DNA of 42,586 nt from Bacteroidales bacterium (GTDB lineage: Bacteria > Bacteroidota > Bacteroidia > Bacteroidales > UBA4417). Below the pieces are notes generated by a model. It was not told the DNA's origin. It worked only from the letters and a program-made list of their open reading frames with translations, and made no database searches. Location of the stretch: contig DAONEL010000003.1 in assembly GCA_035403045.1 (NCBI GenBank), forward strand, positions 1 to 42,586, in the 5' to 3' direction. A program made the position numbers and the translations under genes. Positions 37,087 to 42,586 of the stretch are shown here, one piece after another; the stretch's first letter is position 1; each line of letters starts with the position of its first letter.

Positions 37087-38742
37087 TTAGTTCCTGATAA
37101 GTTCTCTTGCCGCAGCTTTTGCCGTTTCTGTAATCATGTCATCGCTGAGCATACGGGCAATTTCATTGATTCTTTCTTCCTGAGAAAGCCTTCTGAGGTT
37201 CGAAAACGTATTCTTCTCACCTTCTTCCTTATATGCGAGGTAATGCAGTTTGCTTTTCCCGGCAATCTGAGGCAAATGTGTAATGGCTATTACCTGCATA
37301 GTTCCTGCCATTCTGCTTAGAATGCTTCCGATACGTCCGGCAATTTCGCCTGATACACCGCTATCGATCTCGTCAAATAGTATTGTGGGCAAAATACTCC
37401 TGCTCAATACCAATGATTTAACAGCCAGCATGAGTCTCGAAAGTTCACCACCAGAGGCTACTTTCTGCAATTCACGGGGTTCACCGCCTTTGTTGGCCGA
37501 AAACATGAACGTTACTTTGTCGGTGCCCGACCTGGTATAATCAGCAGTGAGCTGGTGATTTATAGTGAAGACTGCTGATGGCATCCCAAGGTCAGCCAGC
37601 TTCTTCACCATTTCACCTTCAATAAAAGGAATGACATTTTTTCTGCTTTCCGAAAGTATGGAGCCGGCATTTTGGAGTTGCGATCTGAGTTCGTCAAGCG
37701 CTGATTCCATCTCTTCAATTTTTGACTGGAGAGATTCTATACTTCCAAGGCTTTGCTCCAGTTCGCCCATTAGTATCAGTAACTCATTCTCTGACTGTTT
37801 TTTATGCTTTCGCAAAAGGTGGTTAATCAAATCAATTCTGGCCGTGAGTTGTTCTATCCTCTCCTGGTCAAAAGTAATCTGGTCAGCATAAGCTGCTGTT
37901 TCGGTATAGATATCCTTCAGATCAATATGAATCGTTTCCAGCCGCTCGGAAACCACTGACAATGAAGCGCCTAAATGCACTGCCTGATCAATTGCCTGGC
38001 GTATTGAAGCAATTTCACCAATCAGGTTAGGCTCGTTCTCGTTTAAAATATTTAACACTGAAAACAAGCGCGTCCGGATCTCTTCGGAATGTGTGAGCAA
38101 TGTGAATTCCGATTCTGCCTCTTCAAGTTCACCTTCCCTTAATCCTGCTGAATGAAGCTCATCAAACAAAAACTGCTGGTAATCCCTGTCGGCATTTGCT
38201 TTTTCATGTCGTAACCTGAGCTCGGACAACTCGTTTCTTGTCTTAACAAATTTATCGTAGTAACGGGTATAGTTACTAAGAAGTTCCGGCTTTGCAACAT
38301 ATGAATCGACAAGCGACAGCTGAAATGCGGCTTCGTTTAATTCAAGAGTTTGGTTCTGCGAGTGAATATCAACCAGTTTATCCCCCAATTGCTTCAGAAC
38401 TGCAAGGTTTACAGGAGTGTCATTCACGAAAGCCCTTGATTTTCCCTGTGGTGTGATTTCACGCCTTATGGTTGTTTTTGTGTCGTAATCAAGGTCATTC
38501 TCGATAAATATTGTTTCCAACCCATAGTTCTCAATTTTATAAGCACCTTCAACGATGCATTTTCTATCCTTATCATGAAGCACAAGGGTGTCGGCACGCT
38601 GCCCAAGAATTAATCCCAGCGCACCGACAAGAATTGATTTACCGGCACCGGTTTCGCCGGTAATTACCGAAAATCCATCCTCGAAATCAATCTCAAGATG
38701 ATCGATAAGTATGAAATTATCAACTGAGAGGTGTAAAAGCAT
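37087..38742 (-). CDS. recN: DNA repair protein RecN
   Basis: 551-aa ORF. Walker A GETGAGKS, long coiled-coil, signature ASGGELSRLMLA, Walker B ILFDEIDSG. Confidence 0.96.
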   Translation of the reverse strand: MLLHLSVDNFILIDHLEIDFEDGFSVITGETGAGKSILVGALGLILGQRADTLVLHDKDRKCIVEGAYKIENYGLETIFIENDLDYDTKTTIRREITPQGKSRAFVNDTPVNLAVLKQLGDKLVDIHSQNQTLELNEAAFQLSLVDSYVAKPELLSNYTRYYDKFVKTRNELSELRLRHEKANADRDYQQFLFDELHSAGLREGELEEAESEFTLLTHSEEIRTRLFSVLNILNENEPNLIGEIASIRQAIDQAVHLGASLSVVSERLETIHIDLKDIYTETAAYADQITFDQERIEQLTARIDLINHLLRKHKKQSENELLILMGELEQSLGSIESLQSKIEEMESALDELRSQLQNAGSILSESRKNVIPFIEGEMVKKLADLGMPSAVFTINHQLTADYTRSGTDKVTFMFSANKGGEPRELQKVASGGELSRLMLAVKSLVLSRSILPTILFDEIDSGVSGEIAGRIGSILSRMAGTMQVIAITHLPQIAGKSKLHYLAYKEEGEKNTFSNLRRLSQEERINEIARMLSDDMITETAKAAARELIRN

Positions 38743-38794
38743 TCAGTATCGGAATTGCCGGAAGCTAAAATACAAAATATGTTATACCGAAAGT

Positions 38795-39718
38795 TTATTT
38801 GCCACCAATACCAGGACCGGAGGATGATGACATTATCTGCTGGTATTTGCCGCTGTTGGAAGGATCTATCTCCTTGAGAATATTCACAGCCCTGGTTTTA
38901 TCCATGGGAGCAGCCTGCGAATAAACATTGATGAGTTCGTCGCGTTTGGCCTCAGTCATAAGCTGGAGTATAAACAGGCCCGGTTTTTCACGGTATGCAC
39001 GCTGAAAATTCTCAAGACAGTCGGAAATGGCTGACCTCCCCATATCAATGTTATCTGACATTACATCCAATCCCAGACGGTGATATTGGTAAATTCCTTC
39101 CCGAAGCGGAGAATATGCTCCGTTCATGAGATTTTCAACCAGCCAGAACCTGTTTTTCATGCTTTCAAACGCCTTCCATCCTTTTTCCTGGGCATTTTGA
39201 GCTGAGTTTACAATAGCTTTTGCTTTTTCATAATATGGAGTCCCTCCCATTAATGAATAAGAGTCAGCATCGAGTCCCAGAAAAATATAAGCATAATATG
39301 CGAGTACCGAGGTCAGGTTAGATGTAAAAGCATCATCAGAATAAATCAGTGGCTCGTATTCCACGTACTTGAAATCGAAGTCGTTATCAACATAATTAAG
39401 CAGGTTTGTATTATATGATGTCTTATAAACCGGGCGCTGCAGAACGAGATTCAGCCTGCCTTTGAACTGGTCCGATGTTACGCGGGATGTGATGGTAATC
39501 ATCATCGAACATTCAATGCGCTCTTCAGGCTTATAGACATAATTGGTCCATTTACGGTTGTTAACAAACTCATATATAGCCGATTGCAGTGTCTGGAATA
39601 CCTTACGTTCCGATCCTTCCACATTCGGGGCGTTTACCGAAACCTGGCAAATAAATTCCTGTGCTTTTATGATCATCGGGAGAACAATGGCGAGCACCAG
39701 CAGAATTCTTCGTTTCAT
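38795..39718 (-). CDS. DUF4835-family protein (PorD-like, T9SS-associated family in Bacteroidota)
   Basis: 307-aa ORF with a signal peptide (MKRRILLVLAIVLPMIIKAQ). It sits in the conserved position between coaBC and recN. The PorD name is from memory of recent annotations and is tentative. Confidence 0.7.
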   Translation of the reverse strand: MKRRILLVLAIVLPMIIKAQEFICQVSVNAPNVEGSERKVFQTLQSAIYEFVNNRKWTNYVYKPEERIECSMMITITSRVTSDQFKGRLNLVLQRPVYKTSYNTNLLNYVDNDFDFKYVEYEPLIYSDDAFTSNLTSVLAYYAYIFLGLDADSYSLMGGTPYYEKAKAIVNSAQNAQEKGWKAFESMKNRFWLVENLMNGAYSPLREGIYQYHRLGLDVMSDNIDMGRSAISDCLENFQRAYREKPGLFILQLMTEAKRDELINVYSQAAPMDKTRAVNILKEIDPSNSGKYQQIMSSSSGPGIGGK

Positions 39719-39729
39719 AAGCTCAGGTT

Positions 39730-40950
39730 TTAATGTTTGTTTTTGTTACTGGGGAAATATTCCGATATGTAGTCAAGAATGTCGGAGGCAACTTCCTTCT
39801 TGGGTTTCAGTTCGAAATGCTTAATTTTCCCATTTTTATTTAAAATGTCCACCTTGTTGGTCTGATGCCCAAAACCGGCACCTTTATCCTGCAGTGAATT
39901 AAGAACGATACAATCGAGGTTTTTGGTATGCAGCTTCTTTGTGGCATTGCTCATTTCATCATCGGTTTCCAGGGCAAAACCAACCAGAACCTGGCCTGCT
40001 TTCTTAAGCTTTCCGCATTCAGCAAGGATATCTTGTGTAGTCTCCAACTCAAGTACCAGGGTTTCCGTAGCACCTTTCTTTATTTTTTTCTCAGAAACTT
40101 TTACAGGAGTATAGTCAGCTACAGCCGCTGCCATTACAGCAATATCAGCTTTACGGAAAGCTTTAACAGCCTTTTCATACATTTCGGCGGCTGAGGTGAC
40201 ACTAACAACTTCAATATCAGGATGTACCGGCAACTCTTTTACCGGGCCTGTAACAAGGGTAACTTTTGCACCTCTCGAGGCTGCTTCAATAGCAATGCTG
40301 TTGCCCATTAATCCGGAAGAATGATTGCTTATAAAACGCACCGGATCAATTGGTTCTATTGTCGGGCCGCTGGTAACAAGTAATTTCTTCCCTGCAAGGC
40401 TTGCTGCTTTATCTAAATAGTCAGTAATAATCCTGAAAATATTCTCAGGTTCTTCAAGCCTGCCAAAACCATGCAGTCCGCTTGCCAGTTCTCCTTCAGA
40501 AGGCGAAATCAGCATGTTTCCATAAGATTGCAGTGTTCTGATGTTTGCTTGCGTTGACGGATGATTGAACATATCGACATCCATCGCCGGGGCAAAAAAC
40601 ACCGGACAGCGGGCAGCGAGATAAACAGCTGTCAGCAGGTTATCGGTGATACCGGTAGCCATTTTGGCCATCGTATTTGCTGAAAGCGGGGCCATGACAA
40701 TGATATCGGCCCAGCTCCCAAGCTCAATATGGCTGGTCCAGGAGCCGTCGGATTCATTAAAAGGCTTGATATAAACCGGCGACTGTGATAGCGTGGAAAG
40801 CGTCAAAGGGGTTACAAAGTCGCAGGCTGATGGAGTCATCACTACTTTGACTTTGGCTCCGTTTCGGATCAGCAGGCGCACCAACAAAGGAATTTTGTAT
40901 GCGGCAATGCTACCGGTGATACCAATCAGAACTTTTTTCCCTTTCAGCAT
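39730..40950 (-). CDS. coaBC: Bifunctional phosphopantothenoylcysteine decarboxylase / phosphopantothenate-cysteine ligase
   Basis: The ORF frame extends to 40992. I prefer M15 (40950), which gives MLKGKKVLIGITGSIAAYK. The CoaB motif FISNHSSGLMG is present. Confidence 0.93.
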   Translation of the reverse strand: MLKGKKVLIGITGSIAAYKIPLLVRLLIRNGAKVKVVMTPSACDFVTPLTLSTLSQSPVYIKPFNESDGSWTSHIELGSWADIIVMAPLSANTMAKMATGITDNLLTAVYLAARCPVFFAPAMDVDMFNHPSTQANIRTLQSYGNMLISPSEGELASGLHGFGRLEEPENIFRIITDYLDKAASLAGKKLLVTSGPTIEPIDPVRFISNHSSGLMGNSIAIEAASRGAKVTLVTGPVKELPVHPDIEVVSVTSAAEMYEKAVKAFRKADIAVMAAAVADYTPVKVSEKKIKKGATETLVLELETTQDILAECGKLKKAGQVLVGFALETDDEMSNATKKLHTKNLDCIVLNSLQDKGAGFGHQTNKVDILNKNGKIKHFELKPKKEVASDILDYISEYFPSNKNKH

Positions 40951-41042
40951 AATGCTTGTTTTTAAACCATAAAGCCAGGCAATGCCTGGCAATCAGTGTC
41001 GTAGGAGCATCTGATTCAGGCAGACAGCCTGAAATGCGCCAG

Positions 41043-41375
41043 TTATTCAGCTTTCAGATCCTTCGAAGGGTTACGGTAGTAAATCTGATTATTCAGAAAC
41101 TCGTTAGTGGAAATGAGCGTAGGTTTGGGAAGATGTTCGTAAAACTTGGCCAGTTCAATCTGCTCACGGTTTTCGAATACTTCTTCAAGATTATCCGTAG
41201 GAGTAGCAAATTCATCAATTTTGTTATCAAGTTCTTCCTTGATTTCAAGTGCTACCTGGTTAGCCCTTTTAGCAAGAACAGCCACTGTTTCATAAATATT
41301 CTCAGTGGGAGCATTTAAGTCGCTCATATTCCTGGTGATGGTCGTCGTTTCTATTTTCAGTTTTTTGTAATCCAT
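41043..41375 (-). CDS. rpoZ: DNA-directed RNA polymerase subunit omega (Bacteroidota long form)
   Basis: The ORF frame starts at a TTG at 41390, but I prefer the ATG at 41375. RpoZ-like core NIYETVAVLAKRANQVALE. Confidence 0.75.
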   Translation of the reverse strand: MDYKKLKIETTTITRNMSDLNAPTENIYETVAVLAKRANQVALEIKEELDNKIDEFATPTDNLEEVFENREQIELAKFYEHLPKPTLISTNEFLNNQIYYRNPSKDLKAE

Positions 41376-41402
41376 ATGTGTGCTGATCAAATTAATTACA
41401 GT

Positions 41403-42191
41403 TTACAACAATTTTAGAATGTTTTTTTCAATGCTCTTAGCATCTGAAAAATACTTGCCTTCAGGATATTCATTCATGAACGTCCTGGATGATTCAAGTG
41501 CATCATTCAAACGCTCTTTCTTCTTGGAATCTATACTGTTGACAGCATAATCAAATTTTGCCGTCAATATCTGGTACATGATGTTTTCCTTGTTGCGCGA
41601 ATCGGGGAAATCTTTAAGAATGTTGTTAAAAGTGACGATAGCCGCTTTATAATCCGCCATCTTGTAATACATGGTGGCTATATCGTACGCTTTTGTTTCG
41701 AGCTTTCCCCTGAGTTCATCAATGAGTTTATTGCATTCTTCGACACGCTCGCTTTGAGGATGTTGATTTATAAAAAGCTGCAAAGCGGCGATTGCGTCAT
41801 TTGTGCTGGTAGGATCGAGACTCGACCTGGGTGAATCAAGATAACTGCAGTAAGCGCTCATATAGGCGCATTCTTCAGCAAACTTGCTTGCCGGATAACT
41901 GGTAGAGAACGACTTAAACTGGTACCCTCCCATTATGTAGTCCTTCTGCTTAAAGTAGCAATATGAGTTCAGGTAAGAAATCTTTTCAGCCTTTTCGGTT
42001 CCCCTGAAAAAGGTATAGATTTGCTCAAATAGTTGCTGGGCCTTGTAATATTCTCCCTTCTCGTAATAGCCGATAGCTTTCTCATATTTGAGATCGTTGT
42101 CAGAGCTTTTGAGTAATTTCTGGTATTTACTGCATGATGGCAGGAGAATAGCAAAAATGAGTAAAGAGAATAGGATGTTCTTTTTGATCAT
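41403..42191 (-). CDS. bamD: Outer membrane protein assembly factor BamD (TPR lipoprotein)
   Basis: The ORF frame extends to 42239. M17 (42191) gives the lipoprotein signal MIKKNILFSLLIFAILLPSC. TPR-like repeats are present, along with the YfiO/BamD-typical motif YEKGEYYKAQQLFE. Confidence 0.88.
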   Translation of the reverse strand: MIKKNILFSLLIFAILLPSCSKYQKLLKSSDNDLKYEKAIGYYEKGEYYKAQQLFEQIYTFFRGTEKAEKISYLNSYCYFKQKDYIMGGYQFKSFSTSYPASKFAEECAYMSAYCSYLDSPRSSLDPTSTNDAIAALQLFINQHPQSERVEECNKLIDELRGKLETKAYDIATMYYKMADYKAAIVTFNNILKDFPDSRNKENIMYQILTAKFDYAVNSIDSKKKERLNDALESSRTFMNEYPEGKYFSDAKSIEKNILKLL

Positions 42192-42379
42192 GCTGCAAAA
42201 GTACATATTTTTCACGTTCAATGAAACGCACGAATACAAGCAGTTATTTCGTGAACAAAATCGTTAAAAATTATCGCTAAAACCATTAAATATTTAATAA
42301 ATTACATCAAATGCCAGATTATCAATAGCTTATGTCAGCCGATTGACTGCCATATTATTGATCACATGAAATAAAGCTT

Positions 42380-42387
42380 TAGCTTTG
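42380..42387 (+). promoter_or_regulatory. -7 box TAGCTTTG for the right-edge gene
   Basis: Exact TAnnTTTG, 42 nt upstream of the proposed GTG start at 42429. Confidence 0.4.
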
Positions 42388-42428
42388 CAATGAAAATTAA
42401 TATCGAAAAACTTTAAAAAAGTATTGCT

Positions 42429-42586
42429 GTGGATATTTTTGAAAAGCGCGTTAAAAATCTTGGCCCATTGGGTCAATATGGCAAAGATGCTGACGGTTAC
42501 TTTATGTTCCCGAAACTTGAAGGTGAGATAGGTAACCGTATGGTATTCAGGGGTAAAGAACGGCTTGTATGGAGCCTCAACAACTA
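42429..42586 (+). CDS. PLP-dependent alpha-oxoamine synthase family protein (N-terminal fragment, truncated by the window edge)
   Basis: The frame is open from 42417 to the window end. The GTG at 42429 gives MDIFEKRVKNLGPLGQYGKDADGYFMFPKLEGEIGNRMVFRGKERLVWSLNNY. This resembles the N-termini of Bacteroidota Kbl/BioF/serine-palmitoyltransferase-like enzymes. Confidence 0.6.
   Translation, partial: MDIFEKRVKNLGPLGQYGKDADGYFMFPKLEGEIGNRMVFRGKERLVWSLNN

Noticed and set aside
200-41318. Long antisense or out-of-frame track ORFs inside well-supported genes. Examples: 200-640 (+), 4131-4541 (+), 5991-6449 (+), 6577-6948 (+), 7620-8006 (-), 11709-12026 (-), 16954-17376 (-), 20460-20921 (+), 22920-23321 (+), 32543-32905 (-), 33216-33590 (+), 37565-37891 (+) and 40956-41318 (+).
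   Set aside because: Each is fully embedded in, or spans, a gene with strong family motifs on the other strand or in another frame. Their translations are low-complexity or Cys/Arg/Ser-rich with no recognisable domains. These are typical shadow ORFs.
1-42586. Mobile elements, prophage or defence islands, CRISPR arrays, tRNA or rRNA genes.
   Set aside because: I saw no transposase, integrase or recombinase-like ORFs, no arrays of regularly spaced direct repeats, and no tRNA-like cloverleaf candidates in the intergenic regions. The window reads as conserved housekeeping core.

Overview
This is a gene-dense chromosomal core region, most likely from a Bacteroidota (Bacteroidales-like) genome. 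Three things support that assignment. Many genes are preceded by the phylum-typical -7 promoter box TAnnTTTG. The gene content fits (BamD, DUF4835/PorD-like, eukaryote-type GH13 branching enzyme, tandem rhomboids next to mutL). The synteny bamD-rpoZ-coaBC-DUF4835-recN is also typical. I call 35 CDS, one of them partial at the right edge: uvrB, mutL, gyrA, recN, clpS, clpC, a relA-like gene, ktrA/ktrB-type trkAH, glgB, fabI, coaBC, rpoZ, bamD, an etfBA + membrane Fe-S oxidoreductase + acyl-CoA dehydrogenase cluster, and others. I saw no rRNA, tRNA, CRISPR array, transposase, integrase or prophage content. The standout is the 1.2-kb ORF-free gap between the relA-like gene and trkA (14810-16006). 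On the + strand it carries about ten well-paired hairpins, seven capped by GNRA or UNCG tetraloops, and it ends in a clean intrinsic terminator. trkA then has its own perfect TAnnTTTG box further downstream. I read this as a stand-alone structured ncRNA of about 0.7 kb that I cannot assign to any family I know. A perfect 22-bp palindrome lies just upstream of it. The other observations are lower priority: a degenerate hydrolase site in the RelA/SpoT homolog, a split EtfD-like Fe-S oxidoreductase, an N-terminal 4-TM extension on TrkH/KtrB, an orphan GroES-like protein, and start-codon corrections implied by promoter boxes. Homology calls rest on motifs I recognise by eye, because no searches could be run.
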